Shown: positions 50,201 through 62,700 of the stretch, in pieces
How positions within the stretch are numbered: the first letter of the stretch is position 1
How the letters are laid out: every line of letters begins with the position of its first letter
Source: Pavona decussata
Taxonomy: Eukaryota
Assembly (NCBI GenBank): GCA_977016875.1
Contig: CDRNST010000067.1
Location: 2,046,001 to 2,110,000, forward strand
Direction: 5' to 3'
Length of the DNA stretch: 64,000 nt
Position numbers and translations under genes: made by a program
The notes under the pieces: generated by a model
What the model saw: the letters and a program-made list of their open reading frames with translations, nothing else
Told to the model about the DNA's origin: nothing
Database searches by the model: none

Positions 50201-50639
50201 CGTACGGTCTGCGAATCTTTTGGAGTTTGTTGCCCAGGAAAAACAAGCAACTTCTTGTTTTAAACACGGAGCGATCCTATAAAAGGGAAGGACACGCCCC
50301 TTTGAAGCGCTTTGTTGGCTTCCAAACGGACCAGTATAATGGTGGGTGGCATCGGTAACGGTCGAGGAAAAAAGAGAGAAGAACTATCGTTTGTAAAATC
50401 GAAGAGGGAATCGATTTATCAATAAAAATAAGCTAAACGCTAACTATATATCTTGTAAAACACCAGAAATTAGCGAGATTAACGATAATAACGGAAATAA
50501 TCAAGTTTCGTTGCCGCAATCGAAAGATTATATGAAACTTACCTCGAAATTCGAAATCCTTCTACCAAATACACAGTACAAAGATCGAAACCATTATGAA
50601 CTGAAGCCTGCGACGAACTGGACATCTGCATCCCTCCAT
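40969..50639 (-). CDS. Cys-loop ligand-gated anion channel subunit (GABA-A/glycine receptor-like), pLGIC2; probable -1 frameshift in exon 1
   Basis: Exons 50639-50543 (putative signal peptide), 49464-49370 (..HRFVRPNAGG), 49222-49155, 48404-48184 (YFRQYW..LWQPDTFFENG), 48048-47966 (CAMDFRKFPMDRQVC), 47476-47345, 43131-42776 (SAPARVSLGITTILTMTT), 41220-40969 (M4). Internal exon sizes 68/221/83/132 and phases match pLGIC1. Confidence 0.92.
41251..41280. repeat. (CT)n microsatellite
   Basis: Perfect dinucleotide run in the last intron of pLGIC2. Confidence 0.95.
41720..42251. mobile_element. Long-TIR foldback/MITE in pLGIC2 intron 7
   Basis: caggtagcccaag..tttattagacctt..ttgtaatttga at the left; reverse complement ..tcaaattacaa..aaggtctaataaa..cttgggctacctg at the right; over 110 bp of imperfect TIR. 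Confidence 0.8.
43600..47130 (+). mobile_element. Decayed CR1/L2-group LINE in pLGIC2 intron 6 (antisense to the gene)
   Basis: PHD-like WFCPSC, endonuclease YRPP, RT DFRKAFDSVSH and LYADDTT motifs with many stops and frameshifts; abuts the gap. The 5' boundary is approximate. Confidence 0.85.
47131..47258. other. Assembly gap (128 N)
   Basis: Run of N. Confidence 1.
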
Positions 50640-51622
50640 CTGAACATGCCGATAACCAAAACGAGTTTGCCAAAACTGGCAGGATTTTCAAAATTTAGCA
50701 GATGTTCTCCGCTAAACGGCCGCTCGAGTCGTCATGTTTATTACCGCTTGTGTATCTATCGATCACGTACGTGAAAACTAACTCTACTAATTCGCTGGAA
50801 GTGGCAGCAATAAATTCTAAACTTTTATGCACAAGTCAAAAATAAAAACATCTAAACACATTTCGTACCTGATCATGCACATTTGAATAATTTGCTAATT
50901 CGAAAAATCACCAAAGATATAAACAAAACACGACCCGATGTTGCTCTCATTTATCTTATGGATGAAATGATAATGGCAATGTCTCTCACATCATTTTTAA
51001 AATTAGCCAGTACCAAATATATTCTAAGTTTTATTATATACAGTAAACAATAGAGAGAGAGGCCGGCTTCAAAAGGATTATCAGCTCCGTCGTCTTGCGT
51101 GCGATCGCTCGCCCCTTGAGACACTTCACTTTTCTCCTCCGTTTCCCGCTCCGTTGTTTCTTTTAGGTTTCGTTTGTACGACTTTGTGTCTTTACTTATC
51201 TCTCCCCCACTAAACGACACAAAGGATCGAAGCGATTCCATCTCGGAAGCCGGTTTCAGAAGAACAACCTATTTCGAGACAGAGTTTGTTTACGAACTTT
51301 ATCCTAATCATTTCGGAAATATCTCGAAAGGATAAGATTTTACCAGCCGATAAATGAATTTCTGAACTCAAAATAGACGGATAGCTTAACTTTCTAAATT
51401 CTTCTCCTGTACCATATTCGTTGGATTGATTTTGAACAAAATAATTCGAACTAAAACAGCTTTTCCGCCAACTCGTCACGTCCTTTCGAATTGAAGTTGC
51501 GGGAACTTGAACGTGCTAAAATAAGATTTTTGGTAATCAACCAATCCGATACGCGCGTTTTGGATTTTTGATTGACAGTCTGAACCGTTCAGCCTGGTCT
51601 TATAGGATCGCTCCGTGTTTAA

Positions 51623-52015
51623 GGACGGTGCCTACTATTGTTAGTGCGCAAACGTTCTGCGCATCTTGGGATACTCGGGTTTCCTATGGGTGGTGCCTAC
51701 TAATACAGGGATATTTTTGCGTGGTTTAAATCTATGTGGAGAAAGCAGAACTTAGCAAGTGCTCTTGGTAAGCAAAAAGAAAATTGGGGATAACCACGCA
51801 TTTTTCAGAGATAATAAAGCTTCAGTTTGGGAAAAAATGCCATACATTGCTTTGTATTTTACTGTTTTTTGGAATAATTGTTGCTTAATTATCTCTAAAA
51901 AATGCCTGGTTACCCCCATTTTTCTTTTTGGATTCCAATAACACTTGCTAAGACCTGCTTTTCCTGCATAGTCATTAACCACGCAAAAATACTTCGGTAT
52001 TAGTAGGCACTGTCC
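51623..52015. mobile_element. TTAA-flanked MITE (Kolobok/piggyBac-type target)
   Basis: ttaa-ggacggtgcctacta ... tagtaggcactgtcc-ttaa. Confidence 0.85.
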
Positions 52016-52731
52016 TTAAAGAGTTGAAAAATGAAACTACCGGTACTCTTTTGCGTTTAAGAATTTTTTCGCGTCTTAAGAATTGTTCGCAGAATCTACA
52101 AATTTGTGCGCTTTCGTTCTCGCTGAATTTCCCCTTATTGCCAAATATTATTGATATTTTGACTCATTCGAGCGGAATGAATGATTGGCATAAAATTACC
52201 TTGTTAACATATTTCTCACAGGTTAATTACAAGGAGGCGAAACGGCGGCATCAAACTGGAATGTCCACAGGCTCCTTCCTTTTCTTTCTCTCCCCCCCCC
52301 CCCCTCTCCGACCTCGATTTTAGTCTTCGAACTATACCCCACTTGGGAACCTGTTCACAGGCTACCATTGTCGGTACTCTAAAGTACCGCTACATACACC
52401 CAGAGACAGAGAGAAAGAGAATTATACAAGTGTGGTGAAACGAATCTACTCTTCTCATAATCACTGCTGGAATTCTATATATACTGTATGCGTTCTGCTG
52501 GAATGTTAGCACAGGTCTAGATAACAACAAAAACATTTTGTTTTGCTCAAATATTCAAACGTTGAAATTCATTTTCAATGTAAAATTGAACTGGTTGTTT
52601 TCTATGTCTATGTGATTGCCCTATTACCAATGAAAACAGCCACTTGTAGCTTGTAAGAACTCCTTAGTACGCAAATTCGGAGTCCATTCGTTTAGGCATG
52701 TGACTGAATTTGACTCTAATGATAGCAATCC

Positions 52732-55700
52732 ACTCTAAGGAATCAGTGTGAAGGTACTTCCCCAAATGCAATGACCAGCAACCAATTTTACACCAATTCG
52801 TTCAGCTAACTACTGATTGGTTCCCAGTCGGTTGTAGCTATCACGCGAGTCATACTTGTTGATTACATTTCAGTGATAGTTACCTTAGTATTGAGCTTTC
52901 CACTCTTTGAAAAAATAACACAATTATGGCCGCTACTGTTACTGGATTCTGCATGTTGATAATCACAACCTAAAACTTAAAACAGACAAATAAATATATA
53001 GTGTCACCCTCTTTAGTTGATTCTGTTCCATTTGCCCTTAGCTATTTATAAATTGCCATCAGCTTTTTTCAAAATGAGGCCTGCGATCAGAATTAGAAAG
53101 TTCTATGTAAGGACATTACAGACAAAGGCCTTCCCGAGGATAATTACCCGGCATTACTAAGAACTGGATCAGTGTCTAATATAATTCCAACGATTTGATT
53201 GGCTTAGTGGCCATAGTATATTAGGCATTATACCATGCCCGAGAAAAAGCGATCATTAAATTGTCCTCTGATTGTTCTTGCAAAGCGAAATCAGCAAAAT
53301 CTAACAATATTTCTTGATTGTTGTTAATAAAACAGTTAATCCACTCGCGCTCGTTGGATATGAGATGATTACAGCCATCTCGCTATATATCATCTCATAT
53401 CCAACGCGCGTTCGTGGAAAAATTGTTAATTATAGCCAATCTACCGATTAATTTCTGCGCGTTTTCTCAAAACAAAGCACGTCATGTAATACAAAATGGG
53501 ATGGCGGTTTGTTAATAACAGTAGTCCGATTTGATAATAGTCGCCCGATTTTTTCCACAAGAAAAACAAAGAGACATCGTCGCAGTTATAGGTCTTAGTT
53601 ATTGAAATCCAATCATAGTTTAATAAAACCTAGCATACTCGTTAGCTTGCAGTTATTTGGCTTCAATCACGCTGTTTTGTCTTTTCCACAGAGAAGCGCG
53701 TACGTTTCAGAATATCGGAGGATAATGCCCTCGACTTAAAAATTGTTCATAAAATTTCACAGTTGCCGTCAAATGTTCGCTTCTCGGGAACTAGTCATTT
53801 TTCTTTCAGCCTTAGGCATTAGTCCAATATACCAGCCGCCTTATTATTTATTTTACTAATATTAAAGTGCTCATTTCTGTGAGGTTTACAAAATGGTTCA
53901 TGCATGTTACTACCAAGAAAATGGTGTCAGTTAAGCGCATGCTATAATCATTGCAGAAGAAGTAAGAATGAAAAACAAATTTTTACCATGTGAAGGGTAG
54001 GTTCTCTGTATACTCCGAACTTCTAACTGCTCAAGGCTTGAAATACTTATTTTTGCAGTTTTTGTTCCTGTTGAGTGATGCTCATGCCCTCCTTAGGCGA
54101 CAAAATGAGGCTGTTTGTCTGTAAGTCGTATGCATTCGAGGACTTTAAGGCCAAATTGTAACACTTCAAATTCAATTGGCTGGTGAGGATACATAGCCTA
54201 GGGTCAGACTTAAAGTGCAGGTGAATGACTCGCATTTGGGTGTGAAAACACATGGGTGGGGAGGGAAGTGTTTAGATACTGAGTACAGTTGTAGTTTTGG
54301 GCCCTGCGTAGTTTGAGGGCGGGCACGTTTTTGCAAACCCAGGTTAATTTTGCAATCCCTTCCCTCAAAATCCCTGACCCCTCCCCCCTGTGTTATACGT
54401 AACTGACACAACCCACGCTTATTTGAAAACATAGATAACGCAAAAGTTTTGAAGGTAAATCCATCCATTAGCGAGTGAAGGCATTCTTGAGTTAATTGTT
54501 TTTGGCTTCGATAAAAATAATATTGCCAGATGCCGATGTCAGACGTCTTCAAGGGATCTACTACTTTACCTGCAAGATTTTTTGCATTATTTGACAGGAT
54601 CGAGGTCAATTTATTTTGTTTCAGTCGCCGTTTTGCAGACGATTTTGTGAAGTTTTCGCCGACACACTTTATGAAAGTAAATAGAGCTTTAAACATTTTG
54701 TTCTGCTCATTTACTCTAGGAATCAGTGTAAAGGAACTTCCCCAACTGCATTAGTGTATTAATGATAAGCAACCAATTTTGCCAACTCTTGATTGGTTCC
54801 CAGTCGGTTGTAGCTATCACGCGAGTCATACTTGTTGATTACATTTCAGTGATAGTTACCTTAGTATTGAGCTTCCCACTCTTTGAAAAAATAACACAAT
54901 TATGGCCGCTACTTTTTCTGGATTCTGCATGTTGATAATCATAACCTAAATTTAAAACAGACAAATAAATATATAGTGTCGCCCTCTTTAGTTGATTCTG
55001 TCGGCTTTAGCCATTAGCTATTTATGAATTCCCTTCAGCCTCTTTTTGAAAGTGAGGCCATGATCAGACTGAGGAAGTTTAATTTAAGGACTTTACAGAC
55101 AAAGCATTTCCAAGGATATCCGGAATTATAACCTACTGATTAATGTTCTCACAAAATTAAACACGTCATGTGGTACAAAATCAGACTGCGGTTTGTTAGA
55201 CCATAACAGTCGTCCGATTTGATAATAGTCGCACGATTTTTTTTCCATCACCACAGTTATAGGTCTTAGTTGTTGAAATCCAATCATAGTTTGATAAAAC
55301 CTAGCAAACTAGTTAGCTTGCAGTTATTTGACTGCAATCACGCTGTTTTGTCTTTTCCACCGAAAAGCGCGTTCGTTTCAGAATATCGGAGGATAATGCA
55401 CTCGGCTTAAAAATTGTCCTTACTATTTCACACTTACCCTCGAAGCTTCGCTTCTCGGGAACTCAGTGGTAGTTTTTATTTTAGCCTTGGGCATTAGTCC
55501 GATATACCAGCCGCCTGAAGGGGTTTAGTTACTAAATATTCAAGGGCTCATTTCCCTCAGGATTACAAAATGGTTCATGCATGTTACTACCAAGAAAATG
55601 GTGCCAGTTAAGCGCATACTATAAACATTGCAGAAGTAAGAATAAAAAACAAATTTTTACCATATGAAGGATAAGTTCTCTGGATGCTTCGAACTTGAGT

Positions 55701-55822
55701 CACTCAATCTGTTGAAGACTTGAAATATTTATTTTTACAATTTTTTCCAGTTCGTATCAGTGATGCTCGTGCCCTCCTTTGCTTGTATTCGAGGACTTCA
55801 AGGCCGACTGGTAAACACTTCA
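52732..55822. repeat. Diverged direct duplication (about 52732-54168 and 54713-55822)
   Basis: Long shared tracts such as tgattggttcccagtcggttgtagctatcacgcgagtcatacttgttgattacatttcagtg; copy 1 has an extra ~270 bp insertion near 53170-53430. Confidence 0.9.
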
Positions 55823-58800
55823 AGCGTCACTTTGCAGTGAGAAAATCTTGTTTTTTAAATCTTTCAAGAACCTTGCATGTTTTGAGGTACTATAGTAACA
55901 CTTGTATTCTGAGCAAATGTTGGTTCCAGTAGTGTTTAGCTGCTTTAAGGATTTACTGTGGGGGGAGGAGAGGGAGCGAACGCAAAAGAAAACAACACAA
56001 TCCTGCACAGGCAGTAGACGAAGGATCTAAAAATCTCCCCCCCCCCCCCCCCACCCCATCACCTTTCTAATGGTCCTTCCTTAGACTCAAGAATCCGGAG
56101 ACAGGTAGAAACAGGCACAAATGTATAGAAAAGGGTAAAGTTAACTATCAGAGAGTAAGAACGTTTGGGTACGAAAATAATTTTTCTTAATCTTCTAATT
56201 ATCAGCTAGGGCTTATATAAACAGCAAACGGTTCTACTTCCTGCCAGTTGGAGGTTTTCTCGAACCTTATTTTCAAAATCAATTATTTTTTTAACGTTTT
56301 TTTTTTTGTAAATTAGATGGATAGACAGGCGCACATCAGACTGTAAATAGACTGCTTATTTGTCTTACGAAATAATCATCCTAATTAAAAGAATATTGCT
56401 GATAAATTTAACTTGAGACGGGTCTTTTTATTTCATGTTCATCGTTGTTCAGTATAAAATTGTAGAACAGTTTGATTCCCTGTTAATTTTTTTTCTTTAA
56501 ATCTCTTCCTATCTCATAACAATCAAATAGCTTCCCTCATTTTAAAGTCCCGCAGAGAAGAAGTGAAAACTTCCTTTGCCGGGCCACCTTAAAGTAGACC
56601 AATTTTGAAATTGATTAACCTTTCTTAAGATAGTATTTTAAAATGACATTAAAAAAATCGTTTAATGCTTTTTTTCTTCATCGTTACTGCTCTCCTTCCT
56701 ATTTTATTTACTTTTCAGTCACGACACAATGTTCAGACAAGCTGCTTGTCAGAAAAGTTGTTACTCAGTACCATACAATTAACACTTTTTAGATTTCCAT
56801 TTCCATCGCAATAACTTACTTTTCGCGTATTGCATTTCAGTGTGACTTAAAAATAAGACGTTCCAGTTTCTATTATCAATAAGCTAAAAAGAATCACTGG
56901 TGAGTTAGCTACAATCTCAAGTAAGTGCTTGACCATATGTAAGCATGTAAAATGACTGTAAACAAAACCACACACAAGAAAACCTTCGGCAACGGTAAAT
57001 AAATATTGCCTCATAAGAACGGTGACCTTATTTCTAAGAAATTTCATACGAGATACTGACCCAAGTTGCTTCCATGTGATAAAAGAAAACTTTAAAACTT
57101 GTAAAAACGATGGAAGTCCAGCGTTAGACTGTTGGTACAGACGAGAATATCAGGATGGCCGAGTTTCCAAAACTCTGAAAGGAGGCGTTTCAGCAAAATA
57201 TTGAACTCGATAAACACAATTACCAGTCAAATTGTGAATGTTTAACACGGTAAGTTTTTGAACAGATAAGGTGACTGACTGAAAGAAAATGAATTCAACG
57301 AGAAGATAAATTTAAAATCAGTAACTGATGAACTCACCAACTGCACGTTTCTAAGCTCGGGATTGTAGTATCCAGTCAATACGAGCGAATTAAAAAAGTA
57401 AAAGCGAAAGGCTCTAGTATGCGAAAATGACATTCTCTGCTATTCAACGTTTGAGTACTCTTGATCCATTTTGCAGCGAGTATTTGCAAAATTACCTGGT
57501 TGACTGATTTGCATTTCATCACAGACTAAGTGGACTTCGTGGGCTGAGCATGGAGGAAACTGAATTCTGAAAATATTTTTGGTAGCAAAACTTGTTTTTG
57601 AGGCTCTATTGTGCTATAACCCCCCAGCCGCGGAGAACTTTTCGCTACTCTTCCGTATTATTGCAAATTTGCTTGATCGCAGACTTCATTTCATTTTCCC
57701 GGCAGAAGACAATAAAAATACTTGCCTGCTTAGTTGCTTGGACGGCCTGGCAATGGAACAAAGTTGGCAATGTACGGCAGTATCTCTTGAACTTCAAAAT
57801 TTTCAATCTTGGAGTCGCCACAATCATTTTCTCAGTTTTAATCGTTCACAGCCCCAAATCGCTTATTTTATTCTTTTTAAATAGTTTTTTCTCTCCCTGT
57901 TGTCATTATAATCACCCTACCGTTTAACATATTTTAACTTTGATTTTAACAAAGGTGACAAAATTAATCTAACACTATATTTTAGCTTGCAAATACTAAG
58001 TCTGAAGAACAACGGACTTGCGCTAAAAGCATCCAGCTTTAAACTCCATTTTATCTTCTCCATGGAGAGGACGTGAATAGCTATTGTTACGGGACATTTT
58101 TCAGTAAAAGTAGATTTCACTCAGTTTAGGAAATATCGGAGCCTTTCTAACCGTCAAGTAAAACACATAGGTGTTGAACACCTGCTGTTCTTTCGAATAA
58201 GAAATGAGCTTCAGTTTGTAAAGGCGTGAAAAGTAATTTCTTTAGAATTTCCCTCCATTTGTTAAGCTTACGCAAGTGAAATTGAGTTGTCGAAATACTA
58301 TTGGCTACGGGTCTTATATGACAACTGTTCTTCAGTAAAAGTTCCTGAGTTCTGCCTGTAAGAGAATGAGTCAAGATCTGCAATAAACGCTATGTTACTG
58401 TGAAGAAGATTTGGTCCACTTGATGTAAAATCTCCCGGTAGGTAGCAGGGCACCTCTCGCTTAGCCACAGAGCTAAAATTCCCCGAAAGACCCTGTTACA
58501 CTATAATGTTAGAAACTTCAATTTACGGCTACCTCGTAAATATGCGTACGCGTGCTAAAAGAGAGGTCTTAAAAATTGTGGTCCAGGTGGTTATCTCTTA
58601 TCACTTTCAGAGTCTGCCCGAAGTGATTGCAATCATTTTCTTCCCTTTCTGGCCTTTAGCAACCCCAAATTTCTTATAATGCGTTTTCTTAATTGTTTTC
58701 TTCTTCTTCTGGCTGTTGTCATTGTGACTCTACAATCACCTTAATATTTTAGCACATTGTAAGTTTGATTTTTACCGAGTTAAAAACTGATGCAAAATCT

Positions 58801-59741
58801 CTTATTGTGGCCGGAACATTTTAGCTTGTAATTTTTAAATTTGCCATTAATAAGATTCGTGCTAAAAGCCTATCGTTTCAAACTCGATTAGTGTAGGTGC
58901 GACTCAAGGATGAATTTATTAGCAGCATAGGCGCATGGGCGTCGCTTTTGGACGCGCAAATTTGAAAATGGTTAAAGGTAATTTTTTTGTTGGTAAGAGG
59001 TCTGTGGCTATCTCAGTTTCAAGACACCAAACGGGCTAGTTGCGGGAGGGCGCTCTGAATCAAGGAAATAACACCCTTCCACTTAAAATTCCAAATCATG
59101 TCATAGAAAAAGCGTCAGGGTATTTGAAGCGGTGATTAAGTCTCAAAAGAAAAGTTATAAGTAAGCTAGAAAGGGAAAACTCCACCTAAAATTCACATTA
59201 AGCCGCTTTCCCTTAAACTCATCGGTTAGTGGGACATCTCATTTTATAACCAAATTGATTTCGTACGTCTTTACTTCGATTATGTGGGGGCCGGTTCTGG
59301 ATGTAATAATATACACTTTTAAGAACACGTTTGCAAACGACTATGACTGAAAAAACATAATGATTCATTGATGCATACCAATGTTCAAGTTAAATCTTGT
59401 AATCATGACGGTCGCTTCGAAGCAATACCTGTAACAAGCCATAACGAACCAAAAAATCATGGAGAACAGTAGCTAAATCATCATTTTGAAGTTTTTAAGA
59501 TGGTTGATTACAATTCAGTAGTATACAATTCACTGCAACTTTGAAACTTTATTTAGGAAGTCAAAAGGTTCGAACGAGTTAGACACTACTTTTAAGAACA
59601 CTTTTGATACAGAATCACCTATCGGTGACAAATCTAACTCTTTCTTGTTTATTAAATTGTTAATAAACTTTTCGCTCGGATATATCTGGACGATTTACTG
59701 TGGGAAAAAATATTTAACTAAAAAGACAAAAATTAAAGCGA

Positions 59742-59781
59742 TTCGACGTTTCGATGTAATAGCTAACATCATTATCAAGAA
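59742..59781 (-). ncRNA. Minimal hammerhead ribozyme motif (Penelope-type, U3-A8 variant)
   Basis: Minus strand ttc-TTGATAA-t-GATGT-tagctatt-ACATC-GAAAC-GTC-gaa: core boxes, 5-bp stem II, 3-bp stem I, loopless stem III. Confidence 0.5.
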
Positions 59782-62700
59782 ATAAAGTCAAAGAGTGAAT
59801 AAAATCAGTCTAACAATCGTTATCGGCCTGTGCGCGGAAAGCTCATTTAAATAAATAGTCAGTTCGCGCGAATCACTTTGCACGTTTAGTGACGAGTTCA
59901 GCGCTTATAAACAACATTTTTAGACGCTGGAGACAGTCATATGTGTTCCGGCACCTTTAGAGTACCGAAAACCGACAACGACCACAGTTTCGACGCTTCA
60001 AGCCGCATTATTTGCTATCCTTGTTATTATTTTCATTTGATGCCTTACTATTGGTTTCTTTTCCTGTTATTACTATTGTTTTCTTGCCATGCCTCGAATA
60101 GCACGATTCTGATTCTACTGGCTGCATGCCCCGCAGTTATTTCCTTTTTAAATTCTTTTAGTTGTTGCTCTCGTGTTGACGGTTTCTTAACATTAATTAA
60201 ATCCTCTAATTAATAATGAAACACTACACTCCTTCAATGATAATACCACGCTCTTCTCAAACAATGAATAGAATTTTAAAATCCACTTCAAACCGCTTTT
60301 GACTTCAACAATTCGCATTTTTCAACAAGTGCATCGAAGTGAATGGTTTACCGTAAATTCCGCAGTAAGACTCGACTACCAATATAAGCCACCTACCTGA
60401 TATATTAAACCACCACAAATCTCAGACGCTTAAATCCTACAGATGATACATAGTTTCAGAGTTAGTGTTAAAGCTTTGCGAGTTTTGAAACACATAATTC
60501 TCTCCTTTAACAAACCCTCCCCGGGAAAAGTCCTCTCCGAAAGAAAGCCGCAAAAAATATAGTTTGCACGAATAAAGCCTAAAGCTTATGTTCGAAAGTT
60601 TACCTTTCCGTCCCTTCTGGATTGGTAAATACATTTCAGACACTGAGGAATAGTCGCTCCCTCAATCTCCATTCAAGAATTACGCCGGCTTACAAGCTGT
60701 CGTGTATTCTGGTCCAGTTTGCAAGCGCCAAAGGTTAAATTCTGATTTTTCTTATTAAATTCAAGCCAATTTTCATTTGACGAATACCTGAACCAGTATG
60801 CTTGGCACCTATTCCAAGTTACACTCTACTTTATAAATCTGATCCTAATCTAACTTAATGTCACGATTAACACAATTACGGATAGGTTTGCAGTAGCGCA
60901 ATGGAAGCTGGTATTTGCTATTTCTAGTAAATCAATTTAGTGTCCATATGAACCCAGATATATTACCTAAAACCTCATTCAAACACAATGTAATTACGCA
61001 TGCAGAGTGTTCAAATCTCATGAAAGAAGACATTAAATCACTACTTAAGGAATGATAGGCAACCGCCACGGCTGACAGATAGTATTTGTAATCAGATTTT
61101 AAAAAAAGGTTCATTGTTTTTCCGTTTAAATCGAAAGAAAATATATTGCGCAACTTAAGTCAGGATTTTATTTTTCTGTTGTTGCTTATCAAGTCTACTA
61201 ATCGTTGTTGATATTCAGTTAAAAGTTTTAATGAAGAAAAACTGAGGCAGAGCAACGATTCAAAATACTGAAAATATGACATACTATGTTGCAATCTCTA
61301 ATCCAGTAACTAGGCATTATACCCATGAATGGAAAAAATGATTTCGGAGTTAAAGAACAGTCGAGACCAGCGCAGTACTACTGACTGAAACTCTCTGGTA
61401 ATATAAATGATCATTGAGAGCTAATAAGTCTTACCTTTTTATGGAAATCGTTATGACAAAATCTCAGTACAGATTTTCCGGTAACTTTCTTATTTGAAGA
61501 GACGCGTCCCCTACTACCCTCATAATTTTAATATCCAAGCTGCGAGCGCGGTATACATGTAAATAAATATGAATAATCCGCTAAAACCGCGCACCAATAA
61601 GGAGGTGCCTTAGACTACAGGTGTGTTTGTTTGTGTTCATTTGGCCACGGGTAGTTTTAATGTGTACTCTATACTCTATATGTCTTTGTTACCGCTTTAC
61701 ACTATCATTGCTTAATTTGTATCTTATAGCTCAGGCAGATTATACTTAAAATAGCAAAATGGCTTCGGAACATCGGGATTTTAAAGGTCTTTAAAGTCAT
61801 TTCGTAATATATTTTGGTGGCCAATGGAATAGTGTAGAACAGTTGCCGATTGCGATTTTGGCTAAGTGTTTTTCTTCGGCAAGATTGTTTACCTGGTACT
61901 AAAAGGGAATGGCAGTAACCTTACAATGCAAAGATCAATAAAAGTTCATATTCACATTGGGACTGGGTTACTAAGATATCTGGAGCCGTTTACAAAGCCA
62001 TGCGTTCCAGTTTCCCAACCTTTACAATTTTCGCCTTAGTACAGCCGTGCGCTGTCGTGGACAAGCCGCTGAGAGATATACCACTCAAAACGGTTTTCGG
62101 GAGCTCCGGAGAAGCCACAAAAACAAAGCAAAACGCACGAGGTGAACTTTGTTAGACTTAATTGTAATTATTGTAGGTTTTTTGAGGGCAAATTGTAAGT
62201 ATCGATCGAATTTTAACTCCATGCAAACTCCGATATTACACTTTGGTGACCCGTGGTCTTCCCACAAAGGTGGTCACGTCTTACAACCAGACGCAGACAG
62301 CCAGTGATCGAGAACGTGTCAGCGTAGAGACGTTTGCGAACAGGATATAAGAAAGATAATGAGGAAGGACACTGAGCCGGCCACACTAAGCGACAATACT
62401 CACGTGCTGAACTCATTGAAGCGTAGTTAACATGTATAAGGCGCTGGAAGGGACACTGAATTTCTCCACTACTCTCAGGAAGTACAGCCACTTGGAAGCC
62501 TTGTCACGTGTTCATCTGCTAGAATGATTGACTATTTTTCGCAACATCTACTCTTCACCGTACACAGTGGCAAATGTTGCAAGATTAGTTCATTCATGGC
62601 TCACTTATGGCTGTTAAACTACAAAAAGCATTGATCCATTCACACAGAAAATTTCAGTTGTTCGGTCTATAAAGACCAGAGACGGACAAAGCATCCGCTT

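Noticed and set aside
49881-50358. Cluster of overlapping ORFs in pLGIC2 intron 1
   Set aside because: Derived from a short interspersed repeat (tagcctgtgaacagg family, also near 52350) and an AAAG run.
54172-54696. 174 aa ORF on the minus strand
   Set aside because: No recognisable domain, crosses repeat-like sequence, lies between duplicated non-coding blocks.
59941-60213. Hydrophobic 90 aa ORF resembling a signal peptide
   Set aside because: T-rich low-complexity sequence next to a Penelope-type motif; no processing sites or second exon found.
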